From Heterodontus francisci (lineage: Eukaryota), in contig NW_027141363.1 of the NCBI RefSeq assembly GCF_036365525.1, forward strand, positions 186,001-250,000: a DNA stretch of 64,000 nucleotides. Reading direction: 5' to 3'. Shown piece after piece: positions 1 to 12,600 of this stretch (the stretch's first letter is position 1; every line of letters begins with the position of its first letter). The notes under the pieces are model-generated. The model searched no databases and was not told where the DNA came from. It saw only the letters and a program-made list of their open reading frames with translations. The translations under genes were made by a program, and so were the position numbers.

Positions 1-47
1 CTGTACTTTATATTAACATTAAACATCTTTGTGTCACTCAATCACAG

Positions 48-674
48 ACTCTGCACTCACTGACCCGTGTGTAAATCATACAGTCCTGGACCAGCCCTGG
101 AGGAGCATCGATTGTACAGGGACTGAGTGCTCCGGTCAGGTGAAGTGTGATCGGTATCTTGTTCAAGGATGGTACAGATTTAACAGGTAATGTAAAGGAA
201 CAAATTCTGGGTAAATCAGTTAATGAGGGAGGATTAAGGGATTTCCCCCAGTTTCTGGTACTCTCTGCTGGTACCAGTCTCTCTAAAAATTAATATTTAC
301 CATCAGTTCAAGGACTGACTCTGTGATTGTTGTTTCAGTTCTGGTGGATGGAAGATTCCGGACACTGTTGTCCCAGATAGCCACTGCTCCACAAAGCGTC
401 CAGGCTGGTTACAGGGTAATTTCAGCCTTTATAATATCAGATTTACATTCACTGTCCAGCACTGTTCACATGGGTTACATTCTTCAATATTTATAAACTC
501 TCATTTCAGGTTCCCATCCCAGTGTGGGACAGGGGGAAGTAACACGGACAGTTTGTTTCAACAGGGATGGAAATCGCTGCCACAGGACCCAGAAAATAAA
601 GATCAAAAACTGCAGCAGTTATTTTGTTTATGCGCTGAAGCCTCCACCTGTCTGTAACGCTGCTTATTGCACAG
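48..674 (+). CDS. D8C/D10C (UMOD/GP2/OIT3-type) domain, copy 1 (exons 48-186, 339-415, 510-674)
   Basis: Spliced translation DPCVNHTVLDQPWRS..C..C....CD.....GWYRF...GGWKIPDT....HCST..PGWLQGSHPSVGQGEVTRTVCF.....C.....IKIKNCSSYFVYAL.....C..AYCT matches the GP2/UMOD decoy-domain motif pattern; canonical splice sites. Confidence 0.9.
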
Positions 675-3600
675 GTAGATTGCTGTTTGTATATGGTGCA
701 GATGGGTGATTCTGGGATGTCCCGTGTCACCCACAAAAATGAGACAGTTTACGCACTGCCCTCCTTTTTGTGAGGGACACAGTGAATATCGGATCTGTAA
801 AACAGGGTGAACACTTCACTAAAACTCTAGGGAACTGAACCAGATGCTCGCTGTCTGGAGAGAGGGCTGGCATGTCTGGGTATTATTCTGTCAAGAATGC
901 ACTTGAGGATTCAGGTTTTCTAGTGAGTGTCAGACACAGCAGCAGGATCCTGACAGACTCTATGTGAAGGGCAGTCACTCTCGTCTCACCTCTTGAGTTC
1001 CACTCTTTTGTCCGTGTTTGAACCACAGCTATGATGAGGTCTGGAGCTGAGTGACCCTGGCGGAGCACAAACTGACCATCACTGAACAGGTAATTGCTGA
1101 GCAAGTATCATTTGATAGCACTGTCGATGACACCTTCCATCATTTTACTGATGATAGAGAGTAGACTGATGGGACGGTAATTGGGTGGGTTGAACTTGCC
1201 CTGCTTTGACTTGTCATGCTTTTTATGCACAGGACATGCCTGAGCAGATTTACACATTGCAGGGTAGATGCCAGTGTTGTAGCTGTACCAGAATAGCTTG
1301 GCTCAGGATGCAACAAGTTCTGGAGCACAGGTCTTCAGTACTACTTCAGGGATATTGTCAGGGCCCATAGCATTTGCAGTATTCAATGCCTTCAGTCATT
1401 TCTTGATATCAGCTGGAGTGAATCGAATTGTCATCTGTGATGTTGGGGACTTCAGGAGCAGGCCGAGGTGGATCATCTACTCGGCACTTCTGGCTGAAGA
1501 TGGTTGCAAATGCTTGAGTCTTATCTTTCGCACTAATGTGCTGGGCTCCCTGATCTTTGAGGATGGGGATATTTCTGGGGCCTCCTCCTCCAGTTAGTTG
1601 TTTAATTATCTACTGCCCTTTATGACTGGATGTGGCAGGACTGCAGAGCTTAGATCTGATCCGTTGGTTATGGGATCGCTTAGCTCTGTCTATCACATGC
1701 TGCTTCTGCTGTTTGGCACGCAGATTGTCCTGGGTTGTAGTTTCACCAGGCTGACACCTCATTTTGAGGTATGCCTTGTGCTGCACTTTACATGCCCTCC
1801 TGCACTTTTCATTGAACCATGTTTGGTCTCCTGGCTTGATGGTCATGATAGAGTGGGGAATATACCGGACCATGAGGTTACAGATTGTGGTTGAGTACAA
1901 TTCTGCTGCTGTTGTTGTTCCCACAGCACCTCATGGATGCCCATTGTTGCATTGCTAGATTTGTTTGAATCTATCCCATTTAGCATGGTGATAGTGCCAG
2001 ACAACACGATGGATGGTATCCTCAATGTAAAGGCGGGACTTCGTCTCCACAAGGACTGTGCGGTGGTCACTCCTACCAATACTGTCATGGATATGTGGCA
2101 GGCAGATTGGTGAGGATGAAGTCAAGTATATTTTCACCTTTTGTTGATTCTGTCATCATCTGCCACAGTCGCAGACTAGCAGCTATGTCCTTTAGGACTC
2201 AGCCAGCTCGGTCAGGAGTGGGCGGCAGTGATTGAGGGGAGTGGGATGTAGTGAATGTGGGGAGTGGGATGTCGTGACTGAGGGGAGGGGGATGCAGTGA
2301 CTGAGGGGAGTGGGATGCAGTGACTGAGGGGAGTGGGATGCTGTAATTGAGGGAAGTGGGATGTAGTGACTGATGAGTGAGATGTGGTAACTGATGGGAG
2401 TAGGATGTAGAGATGCGGGGAGTGATGTGCAGTGCTTGAAGGGAATGGTACGGAATGATTCGGTGGACCTTGTGTGGTAACATAGAGAAGTGGGATGCAG
2501 TTATTGAGGGGAGTAGGATGCCGTGACTGAGTGGAGTGGGATACACAGACTGAGGGGAGTGGGATGCAGTGACTGAGGGGAGCTGGATGCAGTGACTGAG
2601 GGGAGTGTGATATAGTGACTGAGGGGAGTGGAATACAGTGACTGTGGGGAGTGTGATGCAGTGACTGAGGGGAGTGTGATACAGTGACAGTGGGGAATGG
2701 GATACAGTGACTGAGGGGAGTGTGATACAGTGACTGAGGGGAGTGTGATACAGTGACTGAGGGGAGTGGGATACAGTGACTGAGGGGAGTGGAATACAGT
2801 GACTGTGGGGAGTGTGATACAGTGACTGAGGGGAGTGTGATACAGTAACTGAGGGGAGTGTGATCCAGTGACTGTGGGGAGTGGGATACAGTGACTGAGG
2901 GGAGTGGAATACATTGACTGAGGGGAGTGGAATACAGTGACTGTGGGGAGTAGGATACAGTGACTGAGGGGAGTGTGATACAGTGACTGAGGAGAGTGTG
3001 ATACAGTAACTGAGGGGAGTGGAATACAGTGACTGAGGGGAGTGGAATACAGTGACTGTGGGGAGTGGGATGCAGTGACTGAGGGGAGTGTGATCCCTTA
3101 CATTTATCTTCACATCCTCCTCGCTTTCACTTGTCACTTGAACTTTTCCCAGTTCTGATGTCAGGTCACATATTAACATTAAACATCTTTCTGTCACTCA
3201 GTCACAGACTCTGCACTCACTGACCCGTGTGTAAATCACACAGTCCTGGACCAGCCCTGGAGGAGCAGCGATTGTGATGTCACTGGGTGCTCCGGTCAGG
3301 AGAAGTGTGATGATAATCTTCACTTCGGATGGTACCTATTTAAAAGGTAATGTAAAGGAACAATTTCAGGGTAATCTAGTCAATATGGGCAGAGTAAGGG
3401 ACTTCCCCCAGTTTCTGGTCCTATTTGCTGGTACCAGTCTCTCTAACAGTTAATATTTACCATCAGTTCAGGGACTGACTCGATGATTGTTATTTCAGTT
3501 CTGGTGGATGGAAGATTCCGGAGACTGCTGTCCCACATCATCGCTGCTCCACAAATGTTACAGGCTGGTTACAAGGTAATTTCAGCCTTTATAATATCAG

Positions 3601-6600
3601 ATTTACATTCACTGTCCAGCACTGTTCACATGGGTTACTGTCTTCAATATTTATAAACTCTCATTTCAGGTTCCCATCCCAGCGTGGGACAGGGGGAAGT
3701 AACACGGACAGTTTGTTTATACTGGGGTAGAAAACACTGCGACAAGGTCCATGAGATAAAGATCAAAAACTGCAGCAGTTACTTCGTTTATGAGTTGAAG
3801 TCGTTGTTTCGTTGTGCTGCGTATTGTACAGGTACTTTGATGCTTCTATATCATCCAGAGGGTGAAACTGGGATGTCCCGTGTCACCCACAGAAATGAGA
3901 CAGTTTACTCGCTCCCCTCCTTATTGTCAGGGACACAGTGAATAAAGGATCTGAAACACAAAGTGTACTTCACTGAAACTCTAGGGAACTGAACCAGACT
4001 CTGCTGTCCCTGTCTCTCAGGCACTCTGATCCCTGCAGTGTTCATGGCTCACGTCAGGTCCCCACTGCAGTGCTGGGCACCTCACACTCCCTCTCCAGGA
4101 AACAATGTTCATGAAGAGTCGGATTGGATGGTCGAGTGTTTGATAAAGATGAAAATCTGACACTGTCTGGACTCGAGTACTTAATACATGAGCTCTTTGG
4201 GTTTTCTCCACTCTGCCCTCTTCCTTTATTACAGATCCAGAGACTGTCGAAACTGAGGAACCCGAGGAACAAACAACTCGAGAATCCACGAGGGGATCAT
4301 CGTCTACCCCTGCGGTGTCTGGAACATCAGGTACCCCCCTTGTGGGTCCATTCGAAACAGGTTCCACACCCAATGTTACATCATAGAAGATCAGTCCTGG
4401 AGATCATCCAGTCTCATACTGAGGGAAGTGGGATGGAGTGATTGAGGGAATTGGGATGAGTGACTGAGGGGAGTGGAATGTAGTGACTGAGGGGAGTGGA
4501 TGCGGTGACTGAGGGGAGTGGGATGGGGTGACTGAGGGGAGTGGGATGGGGTGACTGAGGGGAGTGGGATGTAGTGACTGAGTGGAGTGGGATGTAGTGA
4601 CTGAGGGGAGTGGGATGTGAACAAAGAACAAAGAACAAAGAAAATTACAGCACAGGAACAGGCTCTTCGGCCCTCCAAGCCTACGCCGATCCAGATCCTC
4701 TATCTAAACCTGTCGCCTATTTTCTAAGGGTCTGCATCTCTTTATTTCCTGCCCATTCATGTATCTGTCTAGATACATCTTAAAAGACGCTATCGTGCCC
4801 GCGTCTACCACCTCCACTGGCAATGCATTCCATGCACCCACCACCCTCTGCGTAAATAACTTTCCACGCATATCTCCCCTAACCTTTTCCCCTTTCTCTT
4901 TGAACTCGTGTCCCCTTGTAATTGAATCCCCCACTCTGGGAAAAAGCTTCTAGCTATCCACCCTGTCTATACCTCTCATGATTTTGTGCACCTCAATCAT
5001 GTCCCCCCTCAAGCTCCTTCTTTCTAATGAAAATAATCCTAATCTACTCAACCTCTCTTCATAGCTAGCGCCCTCCAAACCAGGCAACATCCTGGTGAAC
5101 ATCCTCTGCACCCTCTCCAAATCATCCACATCCTTTTGGTAATGTGGCGACCAGAACTGCACGCAGTATTCCAAATGTGGCCGAACCAAAGTCCTATACA
5201 ACTGTAACATGACCTGCCAACTCTTGTACTCAATGACCCGTCCGATGAACGAAAGCATGCCGTATGCCTTCTTGACCACTCTATTGACCTGCGTTGCCAC
5301 CTTCAGGGAACAATGGACCTGAACACCCAAATCTCTCTGTACATCAATTTTCCCCAGGACTTTTCCATTTACTGTATAGTTCACTCTTGAATTGGATCTT
5401 CCAAAATGCATCACCTCGCATTTGCCCTGATTGAACTCCATCTGCCATTTCTCTGCCCAACTCTCCAATCTATCTATATTCTGCTGCATTCTCTGACAGT
5501 CCCCTTCACTATCTGCTACTCCACCAATCTTAGTGTCGTCTGCAAACTTGCTAATCAGACCACCTATACTTTCCTCCAAATCATTTATGTATATCACAAA
5601 CAACAGTGGTCCCAGCACGGATCCCTGTGGAACACCACTGGTCACACGTCTCCATTTTGAGAAACTCCCTTCCACTGCTACTCTCTGTCTCCTGTTGCCC
5701 AGCCAGTTCTTTATCCATCTAGCTAGTACACCTTGGACCCCATGCGCCTTCACTTTCTCCATCAGCCTACCATGGGGAACCTTATCAAACGCCTTACTGA
5801 AGTCCATGTTTCCGACATCTACAGCCCTTCCCTCATCAATCAACTTTGTCACTTCCTCAAAGAATTCTATTAAGTTGGTAAGACATGACCTTCCCTGCAC
5901 AAAACCATGTTGCCTATCACTGATAAGCCCATTTTCTTCCAGATGGGGATAGATCCTATCCCTCAGTATCTTCTCCAGCAGCTTCCCTACCACTGACGTC
6001 AGGCTCACCGGTCTATAATTACCTGGATTATCCCTGCTACCCTTCTTAAACAAGGGGGCAACATTAGCAATTCTCCAGTCCTCCGGGACCTCACCCGTGT
6101 TTAAGGATGTAGCAAAGATATCTGTTAAGGCCCCAACTATTTCCTCTCTCGCTTCCCACAGTAACCTGGGATAGATCCCATCCGGACCTGGGGACTTGTT
6201 CCACGTTAATGCCTTTTAGAATACCCAACACTTCCTCCCTCCTTATGCCGACTTGACCTAGAGTAATCAAACATCTGTCCCTAACCTCAACATCCGTCAT
6301 GTCCCTCTCCTCGGTGAATACCAATGCAAAGTATTCATTTGGAATCTCACCCATTTTCTCTGACTCCACACATAACTTTCCTCCTTTGTCCTTGAGTGGG
6401 CCAATCCTTTCTCTAGTTACCCTCTTGCTCCTTATATATGAATAAAAGGCTTTGGGATTTTCCTTAACCCTGTTTGCCAATAATATTTCATGACCCCTTT
6501 TAGCCCTCTTAATTCCTCGTTTCAGATTGTGCCTACAATCCCGATATTCTTTCCAAGCTTCGTCATTCTTCAGCCGCCTAGACCTTATGTATGCTTCCTT

Positions 6601-9600
6601 TTTCCTCTTAGCTGGTCTCACAATTTCACCTGTCATCCATGGTTCCCTAATCTTGCCATTTCTATCCCTCATTTTCACAGGAACATGTCTCTCCTGCACG
6701 CTAATCAACCTCTCTTTAAAAGCCTCCCACATATCAAATGTGGATTTACCTTCAAACAGCTGCTCCCAATCTGCATTCCCCAGCTCCTGCCGAATTTTGG
6801 TATAGTTGTCCTTCCCCCAATTTAGCACTCTTCCTTTAGGACCACTCTCGTCTTTGTCCATGAGTATTCTAAACCTTACGGAATTGAGATCACTATTCCC
6901 AGAGTAGTCCCCTACTGAAACGTCAACCACCTGGCCCGGCCCATTCCCCAACACCAGGTCCAGTATGGCCCCTTCCCGAGTTGGACTATTTACATACTGC
7001 TCTAGAAAACCCTCCTGCATGCTCCTTACAAATTCTGCTCCATCTAGACCTCTAACACTAAGTGAATCCCAGTCAATGTTGGGAAAATTAAAATCTCCTA
7101 TCATCACCACCCTGTTGATCTGACAGCTTTCCATAAACTGACTGAGTGGACTGTGATGTCGTGATTGAGGGGATTGGGATGTAGAGAATGCGGGGAGTGG
7201 CATGCAGTGATTGAGGAGAGTGGGATGATGTAATTGAGGGGAGTGGGATGTAGTGAAGGAGGGGAGTGGGATGACGTAATTGAGGGGAGTGGTATGCAGT
7301 GACTGAGGGGAGTGGACTGATGCAATTGAGGGGAGTGTGATTGAGCGACTGAGGGGAGTGGGATGCAGTGACGGAGGGGTGTGGGATGATGCAGTTGAGG
7401 GGAGTGGGATGATTCAATTGAGGGGAGTGGGATGCCGTGACTAAGGGGAGTGGGGTGCAGTGACTGCGGGGCGTGGGATGCATTGACTGAGGGGAGTGGG
7501 ATGCAGTGACTGAGGGGAGTGGGATGATGTAATTGAGGGGAGTGGCATGCAGAGACTGAGAGGAGTGGGATGCAGTGGCTGAGGGGAGTGGGATGGAGTG
7601 ACTGAGGGGAGTGGGATGGGCTAACTGAGGGGAGTGGGATGCAGTGACTGAGGTGCATGGGATGCAGTGACTGAGGGGAGTGGGATGATGTAATTGAGGG
7701 GAGTGGGATTTCGAGACTAAGGGGATTGAGAAGATATGATTGAAGGGAGTGTGATTCAATGACTGAGGGCAGTGACATTTTATGACTGGGTAAAATGTAA
7801 TGCAGTTCCTGTGCCAACTGGGATACAGTGAGTGTGGACATGTGGATTGTCTCACAATGGTTTTTATATACACTAGCATCTGTGATTTACTGTACTCTAA
7901 TCTATCCAGTTCGAACTTTCTCTCACTCCTTCCCTCCCCCATGTTTCTTTCCCTTTATTACACATCCAGAGACTTCAACAACCTCAAGAACCAAGGAGCA
8001 AACAACTCCACACTCCATTGAGAAATCACCATCTAACCCAATCGATACTTTCACCTCAGGTATCAGTTTTATGTTGTTCAATCGGGACGGGTTGATTCTT
8101 ACACTGACTGCCTGATTTGGGTGAATGGAATCTACCGCACAGGAAGAGGCCACTCGGCCCCTCTTGCTACTCCTCTTCATCTAACCTTTTCCTTCCTTTT
8201 CCTTTCTCCCTCAGGTGTTTAACCAGATTTACCTTAAATTTCATTTCCCTCGACCATTCAGGATTAATTCTACATTCTCACTACACCTTGGTGTACTTGT
8301 CCATAGTTCACTGAAGGCAGCAGCACAGGTCGATCATGTGGTTTGGAAGGTATATGGGATACTTGCCTGTCTTAGCCGAGGCACAGAATATAAGAGCAGG
8401 GCGGTTATGATGGAGCTGTACAAAACGCTAGTTTGGCCACAGCTGGAGTACTGAGAACAGTTCTGGGCACCACAATATAGGAAGGATGTGATTGCACTGG
8501 AGAGGGTGCAGAGGAGATTCACCAGGAGGTTGCCTGGGCTGGAGCATTTCAGCTGAGAAAAGAGGCTGGATAGGCTATGGTTGTTTACCTTAGAGCAGAG
8601 AAGGCTGAGGGGGGACCTGATTGAGGTATACAAAATTATGAGGGGCATTGATCGGTTAGATTGGAAGAAACTATTTCCCTTAGCGGAGGGGTCAGTAACC
8701 AGGAGGAATAGACTTAAGATAAAAGGCAAGAGGTTTATAGGCGATTTGAGGAAACAGATTTTCACCCTGAACACACTGTCTGAAGAGGTGGTAGAGGCAT
8801 GAACCCTCACAACATTTAATAAGTATTTAGATAAGCACTTGAAACGCCGCAGCATACATGATTACGGGCCAAGTGCTGGAAAATGGGATTAGAATAGCGA
8901 CGTGCTTGATGATCGGCATGGACACGATGGGCCGAAGGGCCTGTTTCCATGCTGTATAATTGTATGAGTCTAGGGCTGTGACGCACTTTTGAGTAAAGAG
9001 GCTTCCTCTGAAATCACCACTGGATTTACTTGTGACAGTTTTATTTTCTATCCCTCTCTCTCCACCCTCCTCTCCCACTACCTCTTTCTGCACTTCCTGT
9101 CAGTATCTCTTTTGCTCTCTGTGTATCTTTCTCTTTATATCTCTATATTTGCTCTCTCTCTCACTGCCATTTTCACTCAGTCTCTGTCTATCTCTATCTG
9201 ACAATTTCGTTTTCCCTCTGTCTCTCTCTTTATCTCTGTAACTCACTGCTCTCCCCCTTTCGCTTCTTCTCTCGCTGTCTGTATCTGTTGCTCTCACTCT
9301 CGGACTCTTTCTTGATCTCTCACATTTTCTATCGCTCTCTTTCTTCTCATTTTTCTCTCCCTCTGTTGCCCTCTTTCACTCTGTCTCCCACTCTCACTGT
9401 CTCTAACTCTCACACATTATCTCTCACTCGCAGTGACTGAGGGCAGTGGGATGCATTGACTGATGGGAGTGGGATGCATTGACTGAGGGGAGTGGGATGT
9501 AGTGACTAAGGGGAGTGCAATGTAAAGGCAGAGGGATGGTGGGGTGTAGTGACTGAGAAGAGTGGGATAGACTGATGGAGGTGAACGGGATGCAATGACT

Positions 9601-12600
9601 GAGGGGACTGGGATGGAGTGGCTGAGCGGAGTTGTGTGAAAGGTTTGAGGGGAGTGAGTTGCAGTGAATGAGGGGAATGGAATACTGTGACTGATATTAG
9701 ATCCAGAGAGTGAGGGAGAGTGGGATGCCGTGACTGAGGGCAGTGCGATGGCCTGACTGAGGGAGTGGGATGTTGTGACTGAGGGAAGTGGGAGTGCGAG
9801 TTAGAGCCTGAGAGGAGTGGGATGTAGTGACAGAGGGAGGTGGGATGCAGTGACTGAGGGGAGTGGGATAGACTGACGGAGCTGAGTGGGATGTAGTGAC
9901 CTATGGGAGTGGGATGCGGTGACTGAGGGGAGTGGAATGTAGAGACCGAGGGTTGTGGGTTACACAGGCTGAGGGGAGTGTAATACAGTGACTGAGGGGA
10001 GTGTGATACAGTGACTGAGGGGAGTGGGATACAGCGACTGAGGGGAGTGGGCAAAAGCGACTGAGGGGAGTGGGATACAGCGACTGAGGGGCATGGGACA
10101 CAGCGACTGAGGGGAGTGGGATACAGTGACTGAGGTGAGTGGGATACAGTAATGTAGTGATAAGGATGGAAGATGATGGATTTATAAAGATTGATATCTC
10201 ACTTTCTCCTGACACTCGTACCATCCTGTTGAAATGTTGTGTTTTTCTCCATCTCTCACTCTGCAATGTTTGCCTCCCTTTCTAACAGAGCCCATGACTT
10301 CCCAAACTCAGGAATCCGAGGAACAATCGACTGGAGAATCCATTGAGGTTTCATCCTCTATCCTAGTGGGCTCTGGAACCCCAGGTATCTGCCGTGCCGG
10401 ACTATAATTACAGAATGATGGAATCAGAGACTGGTTACAGCACAGAAAGAGGCCATTCAGCCCATCGTCACCGTGCCAGCTCTCTGCCAGAGCAATCCAC
10501 CTACTCGCTCTCCTGCCATTTCCCCATCACCCAGCAGACTGTTTCTCCTATGATAATTTTCCAATTCCCTTTTGAAAGCCTCAATTGAACCTGCCTCCAG
10601 CGCACTCTCAGGCAGTGCACTCCAGACCCTAACCACTCGCTGTGTGAAAAGGTTTTCCTGTCTCTGTTGCTACTTTTACCACTCACCTAAAACCGGTGTC
10701 CTCTGGTTCTGGATTCTCCCACCAATGGGAACAGTTTCTCCCTGTCTGCTCTGTCCACATCCCTCGTGATTTTGAAAACCTCGATCAAATCTTCTCTTAA
10801 TCTTCTCTTCTCCAGGGAGAACAGCCCCATCTTCTCCAATCTATCCAAGTAACTGACGTCCCTCATCCTGGGAAACATTCTTGTAAATCATCTCCGCACC
10901 CTCTCGAATACCTTAACATCCTTTCTAAGTATTAACCGCTCTCTCGACCTGTCTTGCCACCTTCAATGATCTGTGCACATGTGCCCCCAGGTCCCTCTGC
11001 CCCTGCACCCCTTTACAATTGTATCCTTTATTTTATATTGCCTCTCCTCCTTCTTCCGACCAAAATGCATCACTTCACAATTCTCTGCATTAAATTTCAT
11101 CTGCCACTTGCCTGCCCATTCCACAGGTCTGCCTAAGTCCACTTGAAGTCCATCACTATCCTTCTCACTGTTCACAACACTTCCAGGTCTTGTGCCCTCC
11201 ACAAATAAGGTTGTTGAGCTGCAGGCGCAGATAGCCACGTGGAAATATGCTGTTGTGGCAATAACCGAGTCCTGGTTCTAAGAGAGGCAGGACTGGGTAG
11301 TGAATATTCCTGACTACAAGGTGTTCAGGAAAGAGAGGGGAGGAAGGAAAGGAGGAGGGGCATCAGTATTGTTTAAGGGGAGAATTACAGTGCTGGAAGG
11401 AGATGATGTCGCAGAGGAACCAAGGATAGAATCCATCAGATTAAAGTGAAACAACAAAAGAAATACCATGACCTTTCTGGGTGTATGTTCTAGGCCAACA
11501 ACTAGTGGGAAAGATATAGATGAACAGATTTGCATAGAGCAACCAAGAGATGCAAGAGTTAAAGTGTAGATATATCATTGGGCAATAATTATCTGAATAT
11601 AGTCTGGAATAGTAATAGTGTAAAGGGCACAGAGGGACAAGAGTTTCTCGAATATGTTCAGGAGAATTTCCTACGTCAGTTTGTTTCCAGTCCAACGAGG
11701 AAGGAGGCATTGCTGGATCTGATTCTGGGAAATGAGGTTGGACAAGTGAATTAAGGGTCAGCCGGGGAACATTTGGGGACAGTGACCAGCGTATCATATG
11801 GTTTAGGTTGGCAATGGAAAGTGACAAGGAGAAATCCAGAGGAAAGATAATTCATTGAGGGAGAACCAATCTCAATAGAGTGAGAACAGATCTGACCCAA
11901 ATAATCTGGAATCATATTACAGAGTCCCACACTGTGACGCCTGAAGTGCTCATTCCAAGAGACGCATCCAGTCTCTTAATGATGGAGTGTGGGGCAATGA
12001 TAGAGGGCAGTTGGAAAACAGTGACTGAGGGGAGAGGGATCTCGTGACTGAGGGGGGCGGGGTGGGATGCAGTGACCGAGGGGATTGGGATGCAGTGACT
12101 GAGGGCAGCGGGACATAGTGACTGAGGGCAGTGGGACATAGTGACTGAGGGCAGTGAGATTTAGTGACTGAAGGGAGTGTGATGTATTGACTGTGCGCAT
12201 TGGGATACAGTGACTGAGGAGATTGGGATACAGTGACTGAGGAGATTGGGATACAGTGTCTGAGGGGAGTGTGATGCAGCAACTGAGGGGAGTGTGATAC
12301 AGTCAATGAGGGGAGAGCGATACAGTGACTGAGGGAACGGTGATACAGTGACTGAGGGAAGTGTGATACACTGACTGAGGGAAGAGCGATACAGTGAGAA
12401 AGGGGAGTGTGATACAGGGACTGAGGGAGTGTGACATAGTGACTGAGGGGAGAATGATACAGCGACTGAGGGGAGTGTGATACAGCGACTATGGCAGTGT
12501 GATACAGTGACTGAGGGGAGTGTGATACAGGGACTGAGGGGAGTGGAATACAGTGACTGAAGGGAGTGTGATACAGTGACTGAGGGGATGGGACACAGTG

